A stretch of 64,000 nt of DNA, taken from the IMG/VR virus record IMGVR_UViG_3300037467_000627. The stretch is one strand, 5' to 3'. Source of the DNA: a virus. A program made the position numbers and the translations under genes. Positions 49,961-58,236 of the stretch are shown here, piece by piece (the stretch's first letter is position 1; every line of letters starts with the position of its first letter). The notes below the pieces were generated by a model. That model saw nothing but the letters and a program-made list of their open reading frames with translations. It was not told the DNA's origin and searched no databases.

Positions 49961-50274
49961 CTGGCCTTCGAGCGGTAGGCAGACGAGCAGGTAAGAAGAC
50001 AACGCATGATCTGCGTTGTACTTGCCGCCGTCGCCCACTGCTCGCAGTGTACGGGGTGGACGGCAAAGGTCACCGCTACATCGAGGTGAAGGTCTACAAG
50101 CAGCGCTCTGTCTATGGCCACATTGTGGTTAACCTTCGAGACGGAGATGTCAAGTTGTTCTGTCGCGAGTGTCACCGATGGTACGTCGTCATGGTGCGAC
50201 CTGACGACATTGCTGTCCTGCAGGAAGTGGTGAGTCCGGTCCCAGAAGAGGCATCGGATAGCGAAAATCCGTAA
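49957..50274 (+). CDS. hypothetical zinc-ribbon protein
   Basis: 105 aa, CTC...CRECHRW. ATGA/GTGA-type overlap with the portal gene. Confidence 0.45.
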   Translation: MTGLRAVGRRAGKKTTHDLRCTCRRRPLLAVYGVDGKGHRYIEVKVYKQRSVYGHIVVNLRDGDVKLFCRECHRWYVVMVRPDDIAVLQEVVSPVPEEASDSENP

Positions 50275-50317
50275 TGCTTGCCGGGGATACAACCTACCGA
50301 GTAAGGTATGCGATGAG

Positions 50318-51553
50318 ATGAGTACTGCAACCCTGAGCCGAAACGACCGGATGAACGTAGCCCTGTTCTCCGGGCCTTCTTTCGCGCCTGCCTCCGTGGG
50401 CATGGAGTGCTTCAAGAAGGATAACGGCGTCGTCGTCGTCAAGCGGAAGCCAGTCTTCCGGTCGGGCACCTTCCGTGACAGCATGGGCATTCAGTCGACG
50501 TGGGAAGCTCTCCACATCGACATGATGAAGAACCACTTCGACATGCTGCGAAACCGCAACATCCTGACGGACGTGCCAGTTCGCGACGGCCACCCCGGCT
50601 GGCTGATCCATGGCCTTCCGGGAACCGGTCAGGTGATCGGTTGGCACACAGACGTGACCTCGGAAGAGATCGAGATCGAGCAGGGGAAGTTCCAGTTCCT
50701 GCTCGCGGACTACGAGATCACCGACGAGGACGCGAAGGTCAAGGAGCAGAACGGGACCTACCGCAACAGGTCTTCCGAGATCGGTGAGTATCACACCAAC
50801 GACGAGGCGATGTTCTGGCCTGTCTACATGGGAGTCGCGATGGTCGACTTCTCTGCAGTCGAAGGTCTGAACTTCTCCAAGTTCGGTGCGAATCTCCAGA
50901 GCCCGGAAGGCAGAGTTTTTCATGTGTTCATGGACGAGAAGGAGGCACCAGCAGTGAGCGGCGCCCAGACCCCCCCGAACCAGGCGACGCCTCCTGCGGC
51001 GCCTGCTGTTCCAGCAGTTCCGGCGGTACCGGCTCCACCGGCCGCCGACCAGCAGCACGCGCAGGCTCCTCAGCAGCCTTCGTTCCAGTTTTCGATCAAC
51101 GGCCAGCTGACCACCGACTTCGCGGCGGTCCAGACTCACATCACCGCGCTCGAGGGCTTCCGTCGCGAGACGGAGGAGTCGGCGGTTGAGAACTTCGTTC
51201 GCAGCCTGGCGACGCCTGCGGGTGGCAACAAGATCCTGGCCTCTCAGATCGACGACACCCTCGTCTGGGCCAAGACCCAGACGCCGGAGCAGTTCGCCGC
51301 CTGGAAGAAGCTCCAGGAAGGTGCCCCGGCGCACCCGATCGTCGGCCAGTCGTTCGGCCAGACGCCGACCGAGGGTCAGACGCCGACCGGCAGCCAGGCG
51401 ACCAACGTGCTCGACGAGTACAACATCGCCAAGGAGCAGGTCGCGATGCACACTCGGGCCGGTGTCAAGCCGGAGCAGCTCGAGAAGATGGCCTCCTACC
51501 AGAAGATGAAGGCCCTCGAGCCCCAGGTCCAGGCCGCGCAGGCCCAGAGCTAG
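50318..51553 (+). CDS. Mu gpI-like prohead protease / scaffolding protein
   Basis: VPVRDGHPGW...GQVIGWHTDV...LLADYEITDEDAKVKEQNGTYRNRSSEI follows the Mu-I pattern (vPvd..H....GW....L.a.v.wT.....G.YryrS.e). Ala/Pro-rich linker and helical C-terminus. Confidence 0.55.
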   Translation: MSTATLSRNDRMNVALFSGPSFAPASVGMECFKKDNGVVVVKRKPVFRSGTFRDSMGIQSTWEALHIDMMKNHFDMLRNRNILTDVPVRDGHPGWLIHGLPGTGQVIGWHTDVTSEEIEIEQGKFQFLLADYEITDEDAKVKEQNGTYRNRSSEIGEYHTNDEAMFWPVYMGVAMVDFSAVEGLNFSKFGANLQSPEGRVFHVFMDEKEAPAVSGAQTPPNQATPPAAPAVPAVPAVPAPPAADQQHAQAPQQPSFQFSINGQLTTDFAAVQTHITALEGFRRETEESAVENFVRSLATPAGGNKILASQIDDTLVWAKTQTPEQFAAWKKLQEGAPAHPIVGQSFGQTPTEGQTPTGSQATNVLDEYNIAKEQVAMHTRAGVKPEQLEKMASYQKMKALEPQVQAAQAQS

Positions 51554-51565
51554 GAGATCTGATCC

Positions 51566-52051
51566 ATGCCAGGATTCACTAAGCAGGACGTGGCTGACCG
51601 GTCCCCGTTCGGCATCAACGAGTACCTTCGCAGCACGAAGGGAATCCGGTTCGAGCACTACACCCTGTCGGCGGCGACGATCCTCAGCCAGACGATCGAC
51701 GGCGTTTCGGGGCTCAAGATCGTCAAGCGCGGTCTGGTGCTCGCCAAGATCACGTCGGGCGCGGAGTCCGGCAAGATCGGTCCATTCGTCGCCGGTGCGA
51801 CTGACGTCGTGGACGGTCGGCAGACGACCTCCAACATCGTCGGCCTCAACGACACCTTCCTGCCGTGGCAGACGATGGACCGTGACGTCGAGGTCGCCGT
51901 CGCGTACGACGCGGCTGCGGTTCAGGCCTGGTGCTTCGAGTACAACGGCAACGCGGCGACTCCGTCGCAGGTCACCCTGTCCAACGGCACGGCCACTGCC
52001 ATGCAGCCCGGTGGGGCAGCTGGCAAGGGCGTCGCCATCCTGTGGAAGTAA
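51566..52051 (+). CDS. head protein, possibly decoration protein
   Basis: 161 aa with an AGGAG RBS. Sits between the scaffold and the major capsid gene, like lambda D before E. Confidence 0.45.
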   Translation: MPGFTKQDVADRSPFGINEYLRSTKGIRFEHYTLSAATILSQTIDGVSGLKIVKRGLVLAKITSGAESGKIGPFVAGATDVVDGRQTTSNIVGLNDTFLPWQTMDRDVEVAVAYDAAAVQAWCFEYNGNAATPSQVTLSNGTATAMQPGGAAGKGVAILWK

Positions 52052-52066
52052 GGAGGTAGCCGAAGC

Positions 52067-53344
52067 ATGAGCGGCACCACTCTCAACCCCAACGCCTTCC
52101 AGGCGGCCCTGGCTGCCTTCTCGGCGGCTGGCGGCGATGTGAACCAGCTGCAGCACTTCGCGCCGAGCCTGATCGGCCAGGATCGTCTGGTTCGCAAGGA
52201 GGTGGCTCTCGGTGTCATCCGCGAGATCCTGCCTCCCGACGAGCACATCGGCCTGAGCCTCGTCCCGTGGCTGTCGGTCGCGTCTGACGACGTGATCTTC
52301 GCGTACGCCAAGGGTCTCACGGATGGTCTGGCCCCGGCTCGCGCCGAGGACAGCGAGTCCGAGCTCGCGATGAAGGACGACATCTTCCCTGGACAGGGTC
52401 GGGCGTCCATCATCGACTGGGCGCACAAGACTCGGTACTCGGCGTCCGACGTCACGCGCTACCGCGAGATGAACCGCATTCTCGAGCAGATGCGGGACAC
52501 CAACTCGCTGCCACTGACCATCGGCTCGATGACGGAGGACTGGGCGTCGAAGGTCGCTCGGGACACCGCGCTGCGTCGTCGGAAGCTCGACAACCGGATC
52601 GAGTGGATGATCATGACCTCCTTCGGGACCGGTCAGCTCGCCTACAACGACGGCAAGATCAAGTTCACTGTCCCGTGGGGTCGTCCGGCTGCCCAGGAAG
52701 CTGGCAACGCCGCCAACGACATCGCAGGCTTCGTCGTGGACGGTGCGGTCGACTGGTCCACCACGACCTTCGACCCGATCGGCTTCATCCTGGCCGTTCA
52801 GGAGATGATGTACGACCTCTACTCGGTCCACATCACTCGGGCGATCACCTCGCGGCGTGTTCTCAACCGGATCGTCGCGAGCGACAAGTTCGCTCAGCGT
52901 TCCGGTCTGATCGTGCCAGGCGCTACGGCGGGCAGCATCGCGGCAGCTGACCCCAACTACGTCATGGACGGCTGGGGACCTCGGGCGGCGATGCAGGTCG
53001 TGGAGAACGCGACCAACCTGAAGTTCATCGAGTACGACTCGGTGTACCGCACCCGCGCGGTCGGCTCCACCTCGGTGGTCACGACTCGGTTCCTCCCGCA
53101 GAACGAGATCATCTTCCTGCCGGACGAGTCGGAGATCGCGCAGTTCGACGACACCGAGATCGGCTTCGGCAAGATGCTCACTTCGCCGCACCCGGAGGGC
53201 CAGTGGCAGTCCGGGTTCTACGAGTGGGAGCAGGAGCGGATGGACCCCTGGGGTTACGACGTCGGAACTGGCGTCAAGGCCTTCCCGGTCCTTCCGCACA
53301 TGGACAAGACCTACGCGGTCAACGTCACCGGCGTTGCCCCGTAA
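52067..53344 (+). CDS. major capsid protein (gpE-like family)
   Basis: 425 aa with a strong AAGGAGG RBS. Position after the protease/scaffold and decoration-like genes. Overall resemblance to E-type capsid proteins. Confidence 0.7.
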   Translation: MSGTTLNPNAFQAALAAFSAAGGDVNQLQHFAPSLIGQDRLVRKEVALGVIREILPPDEHIGLSLVPWLSVASDDVIFAYAKGLTDGLAPARAEDSESELAMKDDIFPGQGRASIIDWAHKTRYSASDVTRYREMNRILEQMRDTNSLPLTIGSMTEDWASKVARDTALRRRKLDNRIEWMIMTSFGTGQLAYNDGKIKFTVPWGRPAAQEAGNAANDIAGFVVDGAVDWSTTTFDPIGFILAVQEMMYDLYSVHITRAITSRRVLNRIVASDKFAQRSGLIVPGATAGSIAAADPNYVMDGWGPRAAMQVVENATNLKFIEYDSVYRTRAVGSTSVVTTRFLPQNEIIFLPDESEIAQFDDTEIGFGKMLTSPHPEGQWQSGFYEWEQERMDPWGYDVGTGVKAFPVLPHMDKTYAVNVTGVAP

Positions 53345-53358
53345 GATCGGAGTCTGAC

Positions 53359-53544
53359 ATGGCACGCAACAAGGCTACGAGTCGCGGCGGAGGCGTTGTC
53401 ATCCGTCGCACCCAGGGCCGCCCGGACGGTACTCGCACCTCTCTCGGGAAGAACGCGACGGCGAAGGCCATCGGCGGTCCGACCTCGAGCAAGGCGAGCA
53501 TCCCGAAGAAGACGACCGTGGTGCCGCGTCGCATCGCGGACTGA
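53359..53544 (+). CDS. small basic protein
   Basis: MARNKATSRGGGVVIRRTQGRPDG... 61 aa from the ATG at 53359 (GGAG upstream). The track start at 53203 would overlap the capsid gene. Confidence 0.45.
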   Translation: MARNKATSRGGGVVIRRTQGRPDGTRTSLGKNATAKAIGGPTSSKASIPKKTTVVPRRIAD

Positions 53545-53552
53545 CACGACGA

Positions 53553-53588
53553 AAGGGGGAGGCTGGAGATGTCTCCAGTCTCCCCCTT
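53553..53588 (+). terminator. stem-loop after the capsid block
   Basis: AAGGGGGAGGCTGGAGA / TCTCCAGTCTCCCCCTT (one mismatch) with a 3-nt loop. Confidence 0.55.
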
Positions 53589-53612
53589 CGCTTCGAGAAA
53601 CGAGAGAGGCAA

Positions 53613-54110
53613 ATGGCACGAGGTCAGAGGCAGCAGAAGGCTACCGAGGCGGACGAGACTCCGGCCGTGGAGGAAGAGACGCAGGATGTCTCGGCCTACA
53701 TCGGAGTCGACCCTGTCTACATGAACTACTCGGACGAGCGCAACAAGCCCTACAAGGCCGAGCTCGAAGAGGACGAGGACGGCAACGACAACTCGCACGT
53801 CGTGGAGGCCGAGGAGACGGCGTACGCCCATCAGGCGGCGATCCGAGAGAGCTCCGGCCAGGACCCCGAGACCGGCGAGGCGATCGCCGCGAGCCCGGAC
53901 GAGGAGTACGAGACGAAGCGTGGCGCGTACACGCACGAGGCTCAGTGGTCCCCGAACCAGGCCACCTCGAACAACACTGGCGTGGGCGTGGCGACCATGG
54001 ATCAGGGCACCGGCAGCACCGAGACCGTGAACCAGGACGGCACCACAGGCGACAAGTCGGACGACGGCACTCCGTCGAACCCAACTCCCCCGGCCCCTCC
54101 GGCCAGCTGA
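53613..54110 (+). CDS. hypothetical acidic protein
   Basis: 165-aa ORF with a GAGAGG RBS. Confidence 0.6.
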   Translation: MARGQRQQKATEADETPAVEEETQDVSAYIGVDPVYMNYSDERNKPYKAELEEDEDGNDNSHVVEAEETAYAHQAAIRESSGQDPETGEAIAASPDEEYETKRGAYTHEAQWSPNQATSNNTGVGVATMDQGTGSTETVNQDGTTGDKSDDGTPSNPTPPAPPAS

Positions 54111-54123
54111 CAAGGAGCTAGGG

Positions 54124-54627
54124 ATGGCCTACTGCACTGCAGCAGATCTCCTTAAGGGAGACATTCCCCTCGCCGCACAGTACGGCGATGGTACGGGGTT
54201 CGTGAACACTGCTGCGGACGAGATGGACGTGGTACTCGGTCAGCTGTACGTGACGCCGATCGAGCTTCTCGACACGCCCGAAAACAGGCCATCCCTGCTC
54301 TGGCTGAAGACGTGCAACAAGTTCATTGCTAGTGGCCGTCTCATTCTGGACATCGCCATAGCCGCCGAGGATGACAACCTGAACGCATACGGGCTTAGTC
54401 TGTTGAATCAGGGTCTCGACATGCTGAAGGCGATCCAGAGCGGGGCAGCTTCTATCACTGGAGCAACTCCACTGGATCCAACCGCCGGTACTCACGCAAC
54501 CGGCCCGATGATCTACAACGAGGACTCGGTGAGCCTAGTTCAGGCTGGCTACGAGTTCTTGCTTGATCCGCTAGCCCTTCCTGGCTGGCCGCCGATCGTC
54601 GGCTCTGAAGTAAGGCCGTACAACTGA
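54124..54627 (+). CDS. head-tail connector protein (DUF1320 / Mu gp36-like)
   Basis: MAYCTAADLLKGDIP... N-terminus and size typical of this adaptor family. AAGGAG RBS. Confidence 0.5.
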   Translation: MAYCTAADLLKGDIPLAAQYGDGTGFVNTAADEMDVVLGQLYVTPIELLDTPENRPSLLWLKTCNKFIASGRLILDIAIAAEDDNLNAYGLSLLNQGLDMLKAIQSGAASITGATPLDPTAGTHATGPMIYNEDSVSLVQAGYEFLLDPLALPGWPPIVGSEVRPYN

Positions 54628-55154
54628 TGGCGGGCGGAGCCAAGGGCTACATCGACATCGAGCTTACTGGCGATGCCGATTATGTCGAGAAGTTGCTTGA
54701 CCATCTGGATCAGAAGTTGGGTCCACAGGGCTTGACAACCTTCTTGTCGATGACGGTTTACCCTTACCTTCTGAGGCGCGCGAAGGAGCGGTTCCAGAAT
54801 GAAGGCGATGACGTGGTTGGCAAGTGGGCTCCTCTGGCGCCTGCTACGGAGGTCATCCGCCAGACGATGGGCTACGGGGGGGCGCATCCCATCAACGTCA
54901 GGACAGGGGAGCTCGAGCGCTATATTACTCAGGGAAGTATCACCTCTTCCGTGCAGGCCACTCCTGTCGGAGCTTTCCTGCAGCACCCCTCCAAGGCGCC
55001 AACAGGGAAGTTGAAGAAAAAGCTGAAGGGCGCCCAGCAGGGTGATCCGACTTCAGGGTTTCGCGGAGCGCCACCTCGTCCGGTCCTCGGCATGGATGAG
55101 GTTGACCTCGGCTTCGTCATGGCTCAGCTAGCTTTCTTTGTGGGGACGCCATGA
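54627..55154 (+). CDS. virion morphogenesis / head-tail joining protein (Mu gpG-like)
   Basis: FQNEGDDVVGKWAPLAPATEVIRQ...INVRTGELERYI resembles the virion-morphogenesis family motif. TGATG coupling. Confidence 0.45.
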   Translation: MAGGAKGYIDIELTGDADYVEKLLDHLDQKLGPQGLTTFLSMTVYPYLLRRAKERFQNEGDDVVGKWAPLAPATEVIRQTMGYGGAHPINVRTGELERYITQGSITSSVQATPVGAFLQHPSKAPTGKLKKKLKGAQQGDPTSGFRGAPPRPVLGMDEVDLGFVMAQLAFFVGTP

Positions 55155-55642
55155 TTACAGCGGATCCGACTGTTTTTCCGAACAACATTGTCCAGATGAT
55201 CGTAACAAGAGTTCCAGTTGCGGTTGATGTGGACCTTACGATTCTGCGTCGTGCACTTCGTCCGACTGACCCAAATCAGTCGATAGGAGTCTACCCAAAC
55301 GTCTGGGGTCCAGAATCCCTGTCGTTCGAGATGGCTCCGAACATGAAGAACATCCCGACGATGCAAGACTATCGAGTCTTCGTTCAGTCGTTCGTGAAGC
55401 ATCAGGACGAGGAAGAGGCGATCAATACTCATGCTGTCCTCGCTCAGCGTATTCGCTCAATGCTTTACGCCGACGAACTTCTCCAGCTAGCATTCGCAGA
55501 TCTGGTCTATACGAGTAACGGGAAGACTGAGAGAGCAATGCGCTGGGGGCCTCAAGCCCAACGCTTCATGTCGAATGAGGTTCAGGGCTCGTTCCTACAG
55601 AGTTCGATTACCGAATTCTGGCTGCAGACCGTTACTCAGTGA
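55151..55642 (+). CDS. hypothetical structural protein
   Basis: 163-aa ORF, ATGA-coupled. Confidence 0.6.
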   Translation: MITADPTVFPNNIVQMIVTRVPVAVDVDLTILRRALRPTDPNQSIGVYPNVWGPESLSFEMAPNMKNIPTMQDYRVFVQSFVKHQDEEEAINTHAVLAQRIRSMLYADELLQLAFADLVYTSNGKTERAMRWGPQAQRFMSNEVQGSFLQSSITEFWLQTVTQ

Positions 55643-55654
55643 GAAGGAGATGAG

Positions 55655-56074
55655 ATGCCAACCAGCGAGCAAGACCTCGAAGCCCTGCACGAAGGGAACG
55701 AGGAACTTCGCACCCAGATCGCCGAGGCGCGGGCTGCCCGAGAGCAGGTCACGAACCAGGCCGAGAACGATGCGCGCGCCGCCGCACTGAAGGAAGAGCA
55801 GGCTCGACTGCAGGCCGAGCTCGAGGCCGAGCTCGCGGCTGCAACAGAGGGCCAGGCTGCCGCCGACGAGCTCGCGGCGAAGGCCGACGAGCCGGTCGAG
55901 ACTCCGTACCAGCGCATGATGCGCGAGGCGGAGGAGGCGAACGCTGCCGCCCAGGCTGCTGCGGACGAGGCGGCGGGCGTCAAGAAGAAGTCGAACGGCA
56001 GCGGCAACGGTGGCCAGACGCCTCCGACGACGCCGACGCCAACCTCGGCTCCAACCGGGAACGGAGGACAGTAA
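55655..56074 (+). CDS. hypothetical coiled-coil protein
   Basis: 139 aa, Ala/Glu-rich, GAAGGAG RBS. Confidence 0.6.
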   Translation: MPTSEQDLEALHEGNEELRTQIAEARAAREQVTNQAENDARAAALKEEQARLQAELEAELAAATEGQAAADELAAKADEPVETPYQRMMREAEEANAAAQAAADEAAGVKKKSNGSGNGGQTPPTTPTPTSAPTGNGGQ

Positions 56075-56077
56075 GTC

Positions 56078-57088
56078 ATGGGGTACTCATCGCAGGCAGG
56101 TAGCGTTGCCTTCATGACGCAGGGCACGCCCGACACCTTCCCGGCGGCGTTCGACACTACGTCCCTGGCAATGAAGCTTCGGTCGGGGCAGCTGTCCCCG
56201 AACCGCGAGCTTCTCACCACCGACCCTGAGATCGGCGGCGGGCGCGACACTGTCGACGCCTACCTCGGTGCGGTCTCGTTCTCGGGTGAGTACGAGGCGT
56301 ACGTTCGCCTGAACACGCTGTGCACGCTCCTCAAGGCTGGCTTCGGCTCGGCCGTGACCGCCACCGTGACTGGTGTGACGACTCACACTTTCACGCCGCT
56401 CGACTCCGCGACCCTGCCCTTCGTGGCTGTCCAGGAGAACATCGGCGGCGGCCTGGAGAAGTTCAACTACACTGACGGTGTGGTGAACACCCTGCACTTC
56501 GAGTGCGACGCCAACGGCTACATGATGTGCACCGTGGGCATGATCGCTCGCAAGCAGGTCGCGGGCGTGACTGTCGACCCCACTCCCACGTGGGACGACA
56601 CCTTCATGATCGTCGGCACCAACATCAGCATCACCTACGGAGGCGTGACGCTTCCGGCGAAGTCGTTCTCGTTCGACATGACGAACAACTTCGAGGACGA
56701 CGACTTCCGGCTGGGCTCGTTCTACATCGGCGACCTGACGGCGAAGTCGCGGGAGTTCAGCGGCTCGATCAACATCCGCCCACAGGACTCCAGCCTCTGG
56801 CGGAAGGCTGTGTACGGTGCGGCTGCTGCGACCGCCCCTGGTGGACTCACCAACAAGGAGCAGCTGGTCATCACCGCGACGACCTACGAGGACATCCCGG
56901 CCAGCAGCCCGCTGACCAAGGAGTCCATCACGTTCACCCTGCCCAAGGTCGCGTTCGAGCCGTACGCCCTGGAGCAGTCCGGTGACGACGTCATCGAGAA
57001 CGACATCAACTGGCGCGGTCTCCGGCCGGTCTTCGCGACGCCCGCCTGCACGGCGGTCGTCAAGAACGGCCTCGCCGCCATCGCGTAA
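56078..57088 (+). CDS. major tail protein
   Basis: 336 aa with a GGAGGA RBS. Directly precedes a strong hairpin and the G/GT chaperone pair and tape measure gene. Confidence 0.65.
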   Translation: MGYSSQAGSVAFMTQGTPDTFPAAFDTTSLAMKLRSGQLSPNRELLTTDPEIGGGRDTVDAYLGAVSFSGEYEAYVRLNTLCTLLKAGFGSAVTATVTGVTTHTFTPLDSATLPFVAVQENIGGGLEKFNYTDGVVNTLHFECDANGYMMCTVGMIARKQVAGVTVDPTPTWDDTFMIVGTNISITYGGVTLPAKSFSFDMTNNFEDDDFRLGSFYIGDLTAKSREFSGSINIRPQDSSLWRKAVYGAAAATAPGGLTNKEQLVITATTYEDIPASSPLTKESITFTLPKVAFEPYALEQSGDDVIENDINWRGLRPVFATPACTAVVKNGLAAIA

Positions 57089-57092
57089 GACC

Positions 57093-57145
57093 GATAGCAC
57101 ACCGGCCCAGGGTCCGCCATCGCCCTGGGCCGGTGTTGTGCTATC
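57093..57145 (+). terminator. long stem-loop after the major tail gene
   Basis: GATAGCAC-ACCGGCCCAGGG / CCCTGGGCCGGT-GTtGTGCTATC: 13-bp core stem plus an 8-bp extension, 10-nt loop. Confidence 0.6.
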
Positions 57146-57186
57146 ATCCGCAGTCAAGATCCATACGCCTTAGAAGGGGCACCAGG

Positions 57187-57753
57187 ATGCCAAGCAACGA
57201 TTACGACCCGACCTATCCCAACGAAGAGCAGCCGACTCAGCTCGATCACAGCGGGCACACGGTGGTGAGTCAGGGTACCGATGTCGACGAGGTCATCATC
57301 GAGGACTACTGGGGTACGAGCGAGACCACGAAGTACTTCATGCCGGACGGCGTGCAGTGGTTCGAGATCAAGAAGATGAACGAGGGCGACCGGTCTCGCT
57401 ACCAGTACGAAGCTCAGCTCAAGATGACCACGAAACGCAAGACCGGCGACACCGAGATCGACCTGGACCAGGCGAAGGATCGCCGCGCCCTGATCATGAA
57501 CTCGGTCGTCAACTGGCACATGCGCAAGGAAGGCGTCTGGCTGCCGTTCAATCGGCAGGCCCTCGGCGCGTGGATCGTCGCGACCAACCCGAACTACGTG
57601 GACAACCTGATCTCCAAGATCCGGAAGTTCAACCCCTTCCTCCAGGAAGACCTGTCGTCGGCCGACATCCGCGAGCAGATCAAGGACCTCGAGGAGATGC
57701 TCGTGGTCGCCGAGAAGCGCGAGGCCGAGGCGGATTTTTCACCCGCCAAGTAG
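57187..57753 (+). CDS. tail assembly chaperone (gpG-like)
   Basis: ATG at 57187 (GAAGGGG RBS). Located between the major tail and tape measure genes, with a -1 frame ORF overlapping its 3' end. Confidence 0.7.
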   Translation: MPSNDYDPTYPNEEQPTQLDHSGHTVVSQGTDVDEVIIEDYWGTSETTKYFMPDGVQWFEIKKMNEGDRSRYQYEAQLKMTTKRKTGDTEIDLDQAKDRRALIMNSVVNWHMRKEGVWLPFNRQALGAWIVATNPNYVDNLISKIRKFNPFLQEDLSSADIREQIKDLEEMLVVAEKREAEADFSPAK

Positions 57754-57992
57754 AGCTGTTCGTTGACGACAAGCCCATCCCTGGGCAGTGGCACGGCGCT
57801 CTCGAGCTGATCAACTGGATGATCCTGTCCCAGTTCACAGTTTGGCCTGAAGCCGGAGGTCTCCTCGATCAGGATCCACTCTTCCTGCGTCGACTGGGGC
57901 AGTACACAGTCCTCAAGTCACGGGCGGACGAGAGGAAGAAGGCGCAGGAGAAGAACAAGAGCCCCAACGTGAGGCGTAGGGGCAGGCGATAG
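57187..57992 (+). CDS. tail assembly chaperone, -1 frameshift product (gpGT-like)
   Basis: ORF 57357..57992 is in the -1 frame relative to 57187..57753. A T5 run (57735-57739, G GAT TTT TCA) lies 4 codons before the G stop. Confidence 0.6.
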
Positions 57993-57994
57993 AT

Positions 57995-58130
57995 GTGCCC
58001 AGTCGTTTAGCGGCCTAGGACGCTCCGGGGAAGTCGAAACCGACTGAGTAGGACCACCGGTTAGTGCGGTAGGACTCGGAGAGGTCGGCCAGCCGGAGAA
58101 ACACTGGTTCAAATCCAGTCGGGCACGCCA
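57995..58130 (+). ncRNA. 136-nt tRNA-like gene with encoded CCA and a ~64-nt insertion in place of the anticodon loop
   Basis: Acceptor GTGCCC(A)/CGGGCAC, discriminator G plus CCA. D arm CGTT-TAGCGGCCTAG-GACG. Stem TCCGG (58024)...CCGGA (58093). 5-nt variable GAAAC. T arm ACTGG-TTCAAAT-CCAGT. Confidence 0.55.
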
Positions 58131-58163
58131 TCCCCCATTGCTTGACGAAGCGATGGGGGATGG
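58128..58163 (+). terminator. stem-loop following the tRNA-like gene
   Basis: 11-bp perfect inverted repeat CCATCCCCCAT / ATGGGGGATGG with a 14-nt loop, followed by CTTATCTTAT. Confidence 0.5.
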
Positions 58164-58236
58164 CTTATCTTATGCCTGCACTCGGGCACAGTGGAGGCCC
58201 ATGACTGGACCTTAAGGTCAGCGAGGGAGATTCACT

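Noticed and set aside
46570-50038. 480-aa (46570..48012) and 551-aa (48383..50038) minus-strand ORFs
   Set aside because: They are antisense shadows of the terminase and portal genes. They have the same R/L/V/D-rich composition and no translational signals.
50294-53365. 1023-aa minus-strand ORF, the longest in the track
   Set aside because: It is antisense to the protease/scaffold, decoration-like and major capsid genes, all of which have strong RBSs and recognisable motifs. Its product is an R/V/L/D/G-rich low-complexity sequence with no RBS. This is a typical shadow ORF of GC-rich coding DNA.
56087-57157. 356-aa minus-strand ORF
   Set aside because: It is antisense to the major tail protein gene, has a shadow-ORF composition and runs through the terminator hairpin.
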